IMG/VR virus record: IMGVR_UViG_3300030102_006934
Location: 316,344 to 380,343 of that record
Length of the DNA: 64,000 nucleotides
Strand: one strand, 5' to 3'
This document shows positions 47,845 to 57,263 of the stretch, piece by piece (within the stretch, counting starts at the first letter, position 1; each line of letters begins with the position of its first letter). Under the pieces are notes generated by a model, which saw nothing but the letters and a program-made list of their open reading frames with translations, was not told where the DNA came from and ran no database searches. Position numbers and translations under genes: made by a program.

Positions 47845-48888
47845 ATGGATTCAGAAAAAAAAGAAGGTAAAGTTTCAAACGATTTTGATTGGGTAAAAGA
47901 TGTTAAAGCAAGACTACCTTTAAGAGTTGGTACTTGTTTAACTTTTAAACACTCAAAAGAGGAAGAAGAATGGGTAGAAGATGAATACGGTAACATGATT
48001 GACCACGGTAAAATGAACTGGCATATCACAAGTAAGTTTATAGATGTGTATAATGACGATAAACCAACCTTTTCAATGGTAGCCACAGATAGAATGGGTG
48101 AAAGTCGTCAAATTTTTATGGAAGTGGAAAAGGTTAAAGAATTGTATGAGGAAGGTGTTTATGAGCCTTGTAAAAAACAGCCATACCTAAAAAGAGTAAT
48201 GAAAGAAGAATCCGATGATTTTGATTGGGTTGAGGATGTTTCCAACACTTTACCCAGAAATGATAATTGGATGTTAATTAACGATGTAGACCCTGATTCT
48301 TTGGAAGTGTCTAAAGATATACAAAATTACCTATTCAGTAAGGGTTTGTTTTGGAATACAGGTAGAAAAACCCCATTGTATCAACGTATATTAGCGATAC
48401 ACTATGTCTTACCACACCGAATACATAGTGGTAGCTTTACCTACGTACCTAATAGTATACCTCATGAAAAAGCAAGATTAGAAGTTGAGTATGATAGGGA
48501 AGAACTTCTCAAAAAAGGAAAACATGTTTACTATTGGAGTCAATTAAAACCAGAAAAAGATAATATCAAAGAATCAAAAGATTTAAAATGGATCGAAGAT
48601 ATTGATTTTACAGACCCTAAAAAACCCAAACGTGGTTATGTTTATGATTGGAAGGGTTATAGTGATAGTGTTGCTAATTTAGGATATCAGTTAGGTGAAA
48701 TTGGGGATATTATAATTATTAAAGAACCATTTAGCAACCCAAGTCATAGGTACCCCAAGTGGAAGATGCATTACTTCGATACTTTAAATTTTGATTGGGG
48801 TGAAGAATTAGATGGTATTTCTGAAATTGAATTCAATAGAAAAATAGATGACGGTACCATAACCTACCTATACAAGTTAGGTCAATAA
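47845..48888 (+). CDS. Three-module xE-DFDW polyprotein
   Basis: NDFDWV, MKEESDDFDWV, IKESKDLKWI. Confidence 0.85.
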   Translation: MDSEKKEGKVSNDFDWVKDVKARLPLRVGTCLTFKHSKEEEEWVEDEYGNMIDHGKMNWHITSKFIDVYNDDKPTFSMVATDRMGESRQIFMEVEKVKELYEEGVYEPCKKQPYLKRVMKEESDDFDWVEDVSNTLPRNDNWMLINDVDPDSLEVSKDIQNYLFSKGLFWNTGRKTPLYQRILAIHYVLPHRIHSGSFTYVPNSIPHEKARLEVEYDREELLKKGKHVYYWSQLKPEKDNIKESKDLKWIEDIDFTDPKKPKRGYVYDWKGYSDSVANLGYQLGEIGDIIIIKEPFSNPSHRYPKWKMHYFDTLNFDWGEELDGISEIEFNRKIDDGTITYLYKLGQ

Positions 48889-48966
48889 ACATTTACCACA
48901 TTATATAACAATTTTTCTTGATTATTTTAAATTTATTTTCTATCATTAACTAAACATAGTTAAGAA

Positions 48967-49626
48967 ATGGGAAAAAATAATAATAAAGCAAACGATGCTT
49001 GGCAAGTATTAAGAATTCAAGGAGAATTTGTAAAAGGTTTCGACCAATTATCAGAGTTAGGTCCTTGTATATCCATATTTGGTTCAGCTAGAACTAAGAA
49101 AGATAACAAATATTATAATAATGCAAAAGAACTTGCTGACTTATGTACTAAAAATGGTTTTGGTGTGATAACTGGTGGTGGTCCTGGAATTATGGAAGCG
49201 GCAAATAAAGGAGCTTATAAGTCAGACAAACCAAGTGTTGGTTTATCAATACAACTACCTTTTGAGGCCAAAGAAAACGATTATATAGATAATTTAGTGG
49301 AATGTAGGTATTTTTTTACTAGAAAAGTTTTCTTCTTAAAATACGCACAAGCATTTGTTGGATATCCGGGTGGGTTTGGGACTTTAGATGAGTTATTTGA
49401 AACCCTAACACTTATTCAATGTGGTCACATGAGAAAAGTACCAGTAGTTCTTGTCGGTGTAAGTTATTGGAGACCACTTATATATTGGTTAAGAGATACA
49501 ATGTATAAGGAGGAGGGTAATATTTCTGAAAAGGACTTCGATTTATTTACAATAGTAGATACCCCACAAGAAGCTATGGAATACATTTTACAAAAACGAA
49601 AACATCAAACAGATATTAATTTTTAA
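48967..49626 (+). CDS. LOG-family nucleotide monophosphate nucleosidase
   Basis: SIFGSAR, ITGGGPGIMEAAN, PGGFGTLDE. Confidence 0.9.
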   Translation: MGKNNNKANDAWQVLRIQGEFVKGFDQLSELGPCISIFGSARTKKDNKYYNNAKELADLCTKNGFGVITGGGPGIMEAANKGAYKSDKPSVGLSIQLPFEAKENDYIDNLVECRYFFTRKVFFLKYAQAFVGYPGGFGTLDELFETLTLIQCGHMRKVPVVLVGVSYWRPLIYWLRDTMYKEEGNISEKDFDLFTIVDTPQEAMEYILQKRKHQTDINF

Positions 49627-49643
49627 ACAAAAACAAAACAAAT

Positions 49644-50096
49644 ATGAAAAAATTTATCAAAACCCCAATAATTATACTAATTATGATTCCATTCTTAATG
49701 TTTGGACAATCGAAACAACAATTTATAGAAACTAACATAGGATTAGCCGCCATAGGAAGTTACAAAGTATCTGATATGTACTATCCAGGTTGTAGTGTTC
49801 TATATGGTCAAACAAGACATATGTCAGAGAATAGTGTCTTTGAGTGGGAAGTAGGTCTAGCTGTTCCATGTGTTGTAACGGGTAAAGCTGGAGTTGGATT
49901 TGGTACTATTAAAAATAACTTTATGATATCAATTAGACCTTGGCCTTTAACAGTTGGTCCACAACTAAGAATAGGTGGTCTTGTTGCATCATTTGAATTC
50001 GGTACAGAGAGTGAAATAAGCTTTGGTGCGGGATTAATTGGTACAGTTGGGTATAGATTCAACCTAAAAAGTAAAAAGAAAAATAATCTTAAATAA
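49644..50096 (+). CDS. Exported, probable outer-membrane beta-rich protein
   Basis: Signal peptide ending FG-Q; alternating hydrophobic strands; GYRF near the C-terminus. Confidence 0.6.
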   Translation: MKKFIKTPIIILIMIPFLMFGQSKQQFIETNIGLAAIGSYKVSDMYYPGCSVLYGQTRHMSENSVFEWEVGLAVPCVVTGKAGVGFGTIKNNFMISIRPWPLTVGPQLRIGGLVASFEFGTESEISFGAGLIGTVGYRFNLKSKKKNNLK

Positions 50097-50102
50097 AAAA
50101 AA

Positions 50103-50384
50103 ATGATTAAAAATAAGTATAAAAAGGAGAAAAAAGAACTAATAGATTCCCTAAATAAAATGGGTAGACACGTTGCGGTATTAGAAATCAAACTTGTTAG
50201 TACATCTAAGGTTGAGGATAATTTAATTTATGAGTGTACATACACGGAGAGTGGTAAAATAAATGTTGTACCAGTAATAGCAAAAGACGTTACACAAGCT
50301 CTAGCAAAATTAGAACAATTCACACAACTAGGTATACCAGAAGATGTTTTAAAATATATGTTAGGTAGTGAGAGGTATTCTTAG
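50103..50384 (+). CDS. Hypothetical protein
   Basis: 93-aa ORF. Confidence 0.7.
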   Translation: MIKNKYKKEKKELIDSLNKMGRHVAVLEIKLVSTSKVEDNLIYECTYTESGKINVVPVIAKDVTQALAKLEQFTQLGIPEDVLKYMLGSERYS

Positions 50385-50619
50385 TTTAGTCATACTGTTA
50401 AGTAGTTGTAGTGTTGTTGAATATTATAGTGTAGATGGTGAATCTACTTTCGTTGGAATTACGAAAAGTGAAAACCATTTTCATGAACATTTTGTAGATA
50501 GTACAAATAACTCACACCATTGTTTTTATTATCACGACACAACAACATATAGGTGGAAAATAGTGGTTGATAATATAGTGAAAAGAAAAAAATTAGTTAG
50601 ATATAAATTAAAAAAATGA
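50368..50619 (+). CDS. Small lipoprotein
   Basis: Lipobox LSS-C; His-rich core. Confidence 0.6.
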   Translation: MRGILSLVILLSSCSVVEYYSVDGESTFVGITKSENHFHEHFVDSTNNSHHCFYYHDTTTYRWKIVVDNIVKRKKLVRYKLKK

Positions 50620-51842
50620 GGGTATTTAAATTTGTAATAATTTTATTAGTGAGTTTAACAAGTTATTCACAAAATTTTTGTAAAACTGACGAACACAATA
50701 GGTTATTTTTTGAAAAAAATATAAACCACTATAAAGGGGTTGAGGAAAAAATAAAAAAATATATTAAGAATAATCAAAATAAAGATGGTGACGAAGATAT
50801 AATAACCATACCAGTGGTCTTTCATATAATATGGCAAGAAGATAAACAAAATTTAGATGAAGAAGTTGTAATAGACCAGTTACTATTATTAAATGAGTGT
50901 TTTAACGCTGAAAATTCAGACACATCTATTTTGACTGACACTTTAAAAGACTGGGTTGGTAACTTCGGTATTCGTTTTGAGTTGGCTCACGAAGACCCTA
51001 ATGGTTTTATGACTAATGGTATAACTAGAACTAAAACAATTAATCCACATTTCTCATCATATAATAATCTAGTTAAAAAATCAAACTATGGTAAAGAACC
51101 GTGGCCGACTGATAGGTATTTAAATATATGGGTTTGTAACTTATTAGATGACTTATATGGTTACGCTCAATTTCCAGGTGGACCAATTGAAACTGATGGT
51201 GTTGTGGTCGATTGGCAAACTGTAGGTAATGGTATATACCCTTGGACTTACCCTAGTTTGGAAAATTTAGCTTGTGGTAAAGTCTTGGTACATGAAATTG
51301 GCCATTGGTTAAATTTATATCACCCATGGGGGAACGAACCTTTTGGTTGTGGTGACGACTACATACCAGAAACTGGCTTACAAGATGGACCTATTTATTC
51401 AAGTGACCAATGTTTTGATACTTTGATTAGTACATGTAATTCTATAGATAGAGTTTTTGTTAAAACTTATATGGACTATTCAGGTTGTGACTGTATGGTA
51501 ACATTTACTACAAACCAAGTTGTACGGGGTTTGGCCTCACTACATACCTATAGAGAAAGTATGATAAATAATTACAAACCAAAACCTAATATTAATTATC
51601 TAGAAGAAACAAGGATAAACCCAACCCTAACTAAGGGTTTATTCTACATACATCTACCAAATTATAGTGGAATAATTGAAGTATTTATTTTTGATATTGG
51701 TGGTAAATTGATAGAATATAGGTCTTTACACGGAAAAACAATTAATATTTTCGATATTAGTAATAATGGTAATGGTATGTATTTTATAAAATTAACCCAT
51801 AACAATTTTATATCAACAAAAAAAATATTAAAATATGACTAA
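50616..51842 (+). CDS. M43 (ulilysin/pappalysin-like) zinc metalloprotease with T9SS C-terminal domain
   Basis: Signal peptide, CKTDE Cys-switch, TIPVVFHII, HEIGHWLNLYH, Met-turn YMDY; CTD ...IFDIGGK...GMYFIKL...TKKILK. Confidence 0.9.
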   Translation: MRVFKFVIILLVSLTSYSQNFCKTDEHNRLFFEKNINHYKGVEEKIKKYIKNNQNKDGDEDIITIPVVFHIIWQEDKQNLDEEVVIDQLLLLNECFNAENSDTSILTDTLKDWVGNFGIRFELAHEDPNGFMTNGITRTKTINPHFSSYNNLVKKSNYGKEPWPTDRYLNIWVCNLLDDLYGYAQFPGGPIETDGVVVDWQTVGNGIYPWTYPSLENLACGKVLVHEIGHWLNLYHPWGNEPFGCGDDYIPETGLQDGPIYSSDQCFDTLISTCNSIDRVFVKTYMDYSGCDCMVTFTTNQVVRGLASLHTYRESMINNYKPKPNINYLEETRINPTLTKGLFYIHLPNYSGIIEVFIFDIGGKLIEYRSLHGKTINIFDISNNGNGMYFIKLTHNNFISTKKILKYD

Positions 51843-52041
51843 TATGGATAATAATATTGATAAAAAATTACTATCTAAAAAAGATGTTATGAACTTACTA
51901 GATACTGTCTTTAAAGATAAAATTTTTAATTTTAGGGGGTCCAACAAATTTAAAGTTTCAGCTAGTAAAGAATATGAGAAGTTGTGTCTCACTTTAGATG
52001 ATTTAGTTAGACAAAAAGTAGAAGAAAATAAACAAAAATAA
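51835..52041 (+). CDS. Hypothetical protein
   Basis: 68-aa ORF. Confidence 0.6.
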   Translation: MTNMDNNIDKKLLSKKDVMNLLDTVFKDKIFNFRGSNKFKVSASKEYEKLCLTLDDLVRQKVEENKQK

Positions 52042-52082
52042 CTAAATAGATTTTTTGTTTATAAAAGATATTTATTAACGTA

Positions 52083-52715
52083 ATGAGTATTAAAAAAATT
52101 ATAAGGGAAGAGTTAGAGTCAATGGTTTATTCGGATAAGATTAAGCCCAAACACAAAAAAAAGATGAGTCGTGAACTTAAGTTTTTTAAAGACTTCCCTA
52201 TTCGAAAATTTGCTAATATACCACCACCTAAAAACGAATCCATAGAAACTGAAGAAGAAATAGATTATTTAGAGAGTATACCAGTTAGTAAAAAATTTGT
52301 GGACGTGGCAGATGAATTCGAAGATTACTTTGGTGAATTTCTTAAAATTAGAGGATTAAAATACCCAAAGAAAGAATTATCAGAATTAATAGAAGAGACT
52401 AAAACAATAATTCTAAAATTAAAATACCACTATAACAGACCAAGACCATACCAAATAGCTAATGAAAAAAATATGTCTTTGAATTCTGAAGATTTAGCAT
52501 CAGCTAAAACACCCTCTTACCCATCTGGACACGCAACACAAGGTACTTTTATTAGTCGTTATTTAGCCGATTTATACCCAAAATACGAGAAAGAACTTTT
52601 AGACATGGGTGAGGATATCGCTTTTAGTAGAAATATGGCAAAAGTACATTACCCAAGTGACACTGAGTTAGGTAAAATACTTGGTAATGATTTGTATGAT
52701 TATCTAGGAAAATAG
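52083..52715 (+). CDS. PAP2/haloperoxidase-superfamily phosphatase with leader
   Basis: KYHYNRPRP, PSYPSGH, SRNMAKVHYPSD; leader MSIKKIIREELE; ATATTTAT at 52068. Confidence 0.85.
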   Translation: MSIKKIIREELESMVYSDKIKPKHKKKMSRELKFFKDFPIRKFANIPPPKNESIETEEEIDYLESIPVSKKFVDVADEFEDYFGEFLKIRGLKYPKKELSELIEETKTIILKLKYHYNRPRPYQIANEKNMSLNSEDLASAKTPSYPSGHATQGTFISRYLADLYPKYEKELLDMGEDIAFSRNMAKVHYPSDTELGKILGNDLYDYLGK

Positions 52716-52773
52716 TAAAGATAAATCAATCATAATAAAATAGAGTTTTTACACCACCATAATATTTATTAGT

Positions 52774-54060
52774 ATGAACTTAAAAACCATCATTAAGTCA
52801 GAACTATTATTTGAATCTTTGGAAGATAGGTTAAAATCTGCCTATCGAAAATGGTGTAAAAAAATGAAATTAAAAGACCAAGACACCCTTGATGATATTA
52901 AGAATGCTGATGGTTATGTAGAAGAACTTGATGTATATGCAGAAGAATTTGAGGACCCTCACAGTAAAATGTACCAAAAAGTTGAAGAACTATACGCCAA
53001 GGAAGATTATGAAGGTATACATAATTTGATAGCTGACCACCAATGTAGGGATTTGTATATTGGTGCAGTATTTAAAGATTGGCTTTCTTATAGGAACCTA
53101 ACAAAAAGTTCAGATATATTCCAATATAAAAGTGAGAGAGAACTTGCGGGGGAGTTAGAGGACGCAAAAGAGAAATCATTTACCAAAAAGTTAAAGAAAG
53201 CTTCAGAGGGTGAAGATTTTGATAAAATTTGGGAGAATGATGATATGTTGATTGTTGTCCCTAAGTCACACGTTGGAGCTTGTAAATTTGGTCAGGGTAC
53301 TAAATGGTGTACCGCTAGTAAAACTGGTAATTACTTTGATCCTTATTATAAAAAAGGTATCTTATATAGGGTACTACAAAAAAATGATAATTATAAAGAA
53401 TTGTTCTCTAATTTTCAGATGAATAATAAGTTAGTCTCTGACATTGAAAACCTAAGTAAAGTCTCCATAAATCTAAGAAGAAAACAAGACTCTATGTCTA
53501 TGGTGGATAAAGTAGATTATGCTTTTGGAAATAAATCAACTTTAGAGTTTTTAAACTCCTTACCTAGTGAAGGTTATAAAGCCATTAAAAATTACCATAG
53601 TTTAAACGAACAAAGTATAAAAAATATTATAAGAGAAGAGTTGGATGACTTTGATTGGGTTAAAAATACTAACCCAATTCCAAATGAAATTTTAGACATA
53701 AGTAAGTACCGAGATGGGAATTATAAATTTTGGTTGGGAGATATATCAAAAGAAACTCAACTACAAATATTGGATTATATAAGTGAGGTGATTAGGGGTG
53801 ACGATAATTTACATACCAATGGTACATTGTATGAAGTTCGTAAAAGGGTGGATAAAAATTTAGTCTCTATTAATTCACTTTTTTTTGAGATTAAACAGGT
53901 TGGCTTAAAAAAAGGAATAAATTTATCAATAATGGGTTGGTACCCAAATGACCCACATTTTGAAAGAGAAGAAAGATTAGAATATTGTAGAAATTATTTT
54001 TATCAAACGGATGATATAAATTTGTCTGATGTAGATTTGGGGGAACAAAATAAAATTTGA
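52774..54060 (+). CDS. Family A domain fused to an xE-DFDW module
   Basis: ACKFGQGTKWC; internal SIKNIIREELDDFDWV. Confidence 0.85.
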   Translation: MNLKTIIKSELLFESLEDRLKSAYRKWCKKMKLKDQDTLDDIKNADGYVEELDVYAEEFEDPHSKMYQKVEELYAKEDYEGIHNLIADHQCRDLYIGAVFKDWLSYRNLTKSSDIFQYKSERELAGELEDAKEKSFTKKLKKASEGEDFDKIWENDDMLIVVPKSHVGACKFGQGTKWCTASKTGNYFDPYYKKGILYRVLQKNDNYKELFSNFQMNNKLVSDIENLSKVSINLRRKQDSMSMVDKVDYAFGNKSTLEFLNSLPSEGYKAIKNYHSLNEQSIKNIIREELDDFDWVKNTNPIPNEILDISKYRDGNYKFWLGDISKETQLQILDYISEVIRGDDNLHTNGTLYEVRKRVDKNLVSINSLFFEIKQVGLKKGINLSIMGWYPNDPHFEREERLEYCRNYFYQTDDINLSDVDLGEQNKI

Positions 54061-54127
54061 CGTTCCTTTCAATCGGTATTGAGTGAAATATTGAGTAAAT
54101 ACCCATCTACTAAATAAAGATAAATAT

Positions 54128-54160
54128 AAAAAAACCCCCTATCTTATTTAGGGGGTTTTT
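54128..54160 (+). terminator. Intrinsic terminator
   Basis: AAAAACCCCCTA-loop-TAGGGGGTTTTT followed by ATGCCTA. Confidence 0.8.
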
Positions 54161-54183
54161 ATGCCTATTAGATATTTATTAGT

Positions 54184-54564
54184 ATGAAGAAAATAATAAA
54201 AAGAATTTTAAGAGAAGAATTCAATGATTTTGATTGGATTAAGGACACTGGTGGTGATAAATATGTCCCTATAAGAGTTATTCTCAATAAGCTTGATGAG
54301 ACTTATTATGGGGAAAATCCTAATGAAATTCTAGAATACGAAAATGTTTTCAAAGTACCATTAGAAGATTTTGTGAGAATTACAAATAGTACGAATTATA
54401 CAGACGAGGAATATGAGATTATTACCCCAATAGGTCATAATTTACTTAATTATGCTTATGATTGTGAACTTAATCCATTTGTTTGTAAAGAAATTGATGA
54501 TTTTTTCGATACGGAGGTTGACGAATATATTGAGGGTATAGTATTATTGGATGATAATTTTTAA
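54184..54564 (+). CDS. xE-DFDW family protein
   Basis: ATATTTAT at 54172; ILREEFNDFDWI. Confidence 0.8.
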   Translation: MKKIIKRILREEFNDFDWIKDTGGDKYVPIRVILNKLDETYYGENPNEILEYENVFKVPLEDFVRITNSTNYTDEEYEIITPIGHNLLNYAYDCELNPFVCKEIDDFFDTEVDEYIEGIVLLDDNF

Positions 54565-54571
54565 TTTATAA

Positions 54572-57157
54572 ATGAGAGTTTTAATAAATAAAATATTAAA
54601 AGAGTTACATAGTAAAAGTATTATTAAAAAAGTACTTAATGAAAATTACCAGGACGAAAATATATCACAAGAAGAAAAAAATAGTATCATTGATGAGTAT
54701 GGGTGGTTAAAAAATGAAGAAAAAATTGAAAGTATTTTAAAAAACCCGCCTTTTTCAAAGAAAACTAGGACCTATAGAATAGTTAATAGCTATAGGGTTA
54801 GGTATATTATATCTAAGGAAATAAAAAAAAATGTATATTTTAATAACGCGGGTTGGGCTAACTTTGTAAAGAAGGTGGGTCAAGTAATAGGCTTAAAAAT
54901 AAAAGCAACAGATGATACCGTTTCAAAATTCTTTAAAAATATCGATGAGACCAAAAAATATGGTTTAGAGGGGAAACATTTAGAAGATAGAAAAAATACT
55001 TCCACGGAGTTAAAAAAGAATTGGAATAAAATAGACCCTGAAGTATACGAAGAAAGAATAGAACATACTATTAATTATTTAAAAAATACCAATATTACAG
55101 AATTGGAAAATTCAAAGACAAGCTTATTGACACGGTTTTCTTTAATACTAAGATACCAAGAAGAAATAATGAACTATCTTATTGATTATTTTAAAGATGA
55201 CCCAAAAATAAGGTTTTATCTTAGTTATCTTAATAAAGGTGGAAAATATTGGGGTACACTTGTAAAATACCAAAAAAAACTAAGTAATGTGCTAGACAAC
55301 CCTAATATTAGTGAAAAATATGATGACATTGTAGAAATGAAAAAATCATATAAGGCTATTATTGAAGAAGAAGCACCTTATTTGTTTAACGAAAAGGGTA
55401 ATTTTACTAAAAAAGAAAAGGAAATATTAGTAAATTGGTTTAATTTAACAAGTTATGAACATTCTTTCACAGAATTAGGGTTTTATAAACCAGAAGGAAA
55501 AGGTGCGGAGTCTTTAATACATAATCTACACAGTGCAGGTATTAGATACAATGTTAGTAATGAAATAAAAAATAATACTGATACTGATGACGTTGTAAAA
55601 TTTGTGATAAACAATATTATTAATTATTTAAAAAACACAAAAGATATAATTAAATACGATATTGTTAGTAAAGATACTATAAAAGATATTAATGGAAATG
55701 AAGTGATTCCAAAGGGTAGTAAAATAGAGGTTAAAGACATTAAGAATAGTGATAGTTATTTTGCTGAATTTTTATCATCACCTGTTAAAAGCGGTTCAGA
55801 AATATTGAATAATGAAGTTTATAGAGGAAGGTATAATAAAATAATAGAAGGAATTTATAATTGGTTATCTAACGATAGTGTGGGTATGGGTATTAAAAAT
55901 ACTATTAAGTGGTTAATGACTAACGATTTAGAAGGTATAATAATATCTAATAATATCTATGTCCCTAATAAAGATGGTAACATTGAATTTTATTTATCTA
56001 ATATTGGTCAAAACAACCCAAAAAATCATATAAGAATTACAATAAGATATAATATTAATTTAGATAAATCGAAAAATTTCTATAAAATAGGAGATGGTAA
56101 GTGGAAATTAAACGGTAAAGCATCCAAAAAAGGTATTCTTTACCCACTACCAGAAACAGAAAGTAATTTAATAAGACCCATAGAGAAACAAATTTATAAA
56201 ACAATAGAAGAATCTAAGACTAAATCTACAATAAATAAAATATTAAAAGAAGAATTCGATGATTTCGATTGGATTAAGGACACTTTTACCGAACTAAACA
56301 AAAGTGAAAAATGGATGTTGGTTAATGATATAGACCGTGAGAGTATATCGGAAGGTCATGAAATACAAAAATATCTATTTGACTTGGGTTATAGTTGGGG
56401 TACTGGTGATTTAAAAAATTCACTAAAAGATTTTTGTATCTATACAATATATCATTTCGGAAATATTAGAAATGATGAACACTTATATTACGGAGATGGT
56501 TGTAGAAGTGCTGATATAAGAATTTCAGATAAAGATATTAAAAGTGGTGAACATATAGTTTATTATTGGAGTGAGTTAAAACCTAAAACAATAAAGGAAG
56601 AAAACGATTTTAAATGGATTGATGAACCAAGAAACAACCCATTAGATGGTTTAAGATTAACAACACCTATGGGTAGAGCTGGTAGTGGTGGTAGTGGTTT
56701 AACAATAAAAGACGATGGTGGTACATATGTTACTGTTACCTCTTCTAACGGTTCTAGTGAATATCATAGGGGTACTGTTAAAAACTTTATAAGAATGGGT
56801 ATTTGGTTACCAATAGATTCTATGAATGAATCAGATGATTTTGATTGGGCGAAAGAAATAAAACCAACGTTGAATGTTGCCTTTGAAGAAGGTCTGATTA
56901 AAGCGGGTGATATTTTGACACTTTCTGGGGAACTAATGGATGATGAAGGAAGACACACAATACAAGTTTCAGATTTTAAAATAAAAATAGATCAAATATA
57001 TGGGCCTAATAGTGTATATAGAGACATCACCAGTTCTCTTTTCATACCACTACAAGAAAAATATTTCAAACACTTAGGTTATTATGAAAATGAATTTAAT
57101 GATTCTATCAGATTTGCTAAGAAAGATGGTGAGTTAGAAATATTAGATATATCTTAA
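54572..57157 (+). CDS. 861-aa modular xE-DFDW polyprotein
   Basis: Large module homologous to module 2 of 42891; ILKEEFDDFDWI, IKEENDFKWI, MNESDDFDWA. Confidence 0.9.
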   Translation: MRVLINKILKELHSKSIIKKVLNENYQDENISQEEKNSIIDEYGWLKNEEKIESILKNPPFSKKTRTYRIVNSYRVRYIISKEIKKNVYFNNAGWANFVKKVGQVIGLKIKATDDTVSKFFKNIDETKKYGLEGKHLEDRKNTSTELKKNWNKIDPEVYEERIEHTINYLKNTNITELENSKTSLLTRFSLILRYQEEIMNYLIDYFKDDPKIRFYLSYLNKGGKYWGTLVKYQKKLSNVLDNPNISEKYDDIVEMKKSYKAIIEEEAPYLFNEKGNFTKKEKEILVNWFNLTSYEHSFTELGFYKPEGKGAESLIHNLHSAGIRYNVSNEIKNNTDTDDVVKFVINNIINYLKNTKDIIKYDIVSKDTIKDINGNEVIPKGSKIEVKDIKNSDSYFAEFLSSPVKSGSEILNNEVYRGRYNKIIEGIYNWLSNDSVGMGIKNTIKWLMTNDLEGIIISNNIYVPNKDGNIEFYLSNIGQNNPKNHIRITIRYNINLDKSKNFYKIGDGKWKLNGKASKKGILYPLPETESNLIRPIEKQIYKTIEESKTKSTINKILKEEFDDFDWIKDTFTELNKSEKWMLVNDIDRESISEGHEIQKYLFDLGYSWGTGDLKNSLKDFCIYTIYHFGNIRNDEHLYYGDGCRSADIRISDKDIKSGEHIVYYWSELKPKTIKEENDFKWIDEPRNNPLDGLRLTTPMGRAGSGGSGLTIKDDGGTYVTVTSSNGSSEYHRGTVKNFIRMGIWLPIDSMNESDDFDWAKEIKPTLNVAFEEGLIKAGDILTLSGELMDDEGRHTIQVSDFKIKIDQIYGPNSVYRDITSSLFIPLQEKYFKHLGYYENEFNDSIRFAKKDGELEILDIS

Positions 57158-57177
57158 ATAACAATTAGTATTTACGT

Positions 57178-57260
57178 ACCTCATATTATATGAGGTTTTT
57201 TTATGCCTAAAATTTGACCGTTTAAAATATTATTAATACATTAGTAATAATTAAAAAAAG
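57178..57260 (+). promoter_or_regulatory. Terminator plus TTGACC-N17-TACATT promoter cassette, copy 1
   Basis: ACCTCATAT/ATATGAGGT hairpin; promoter 57214-57242. Confidence 0.75.
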
Positions 57261-57263
57261 AAA

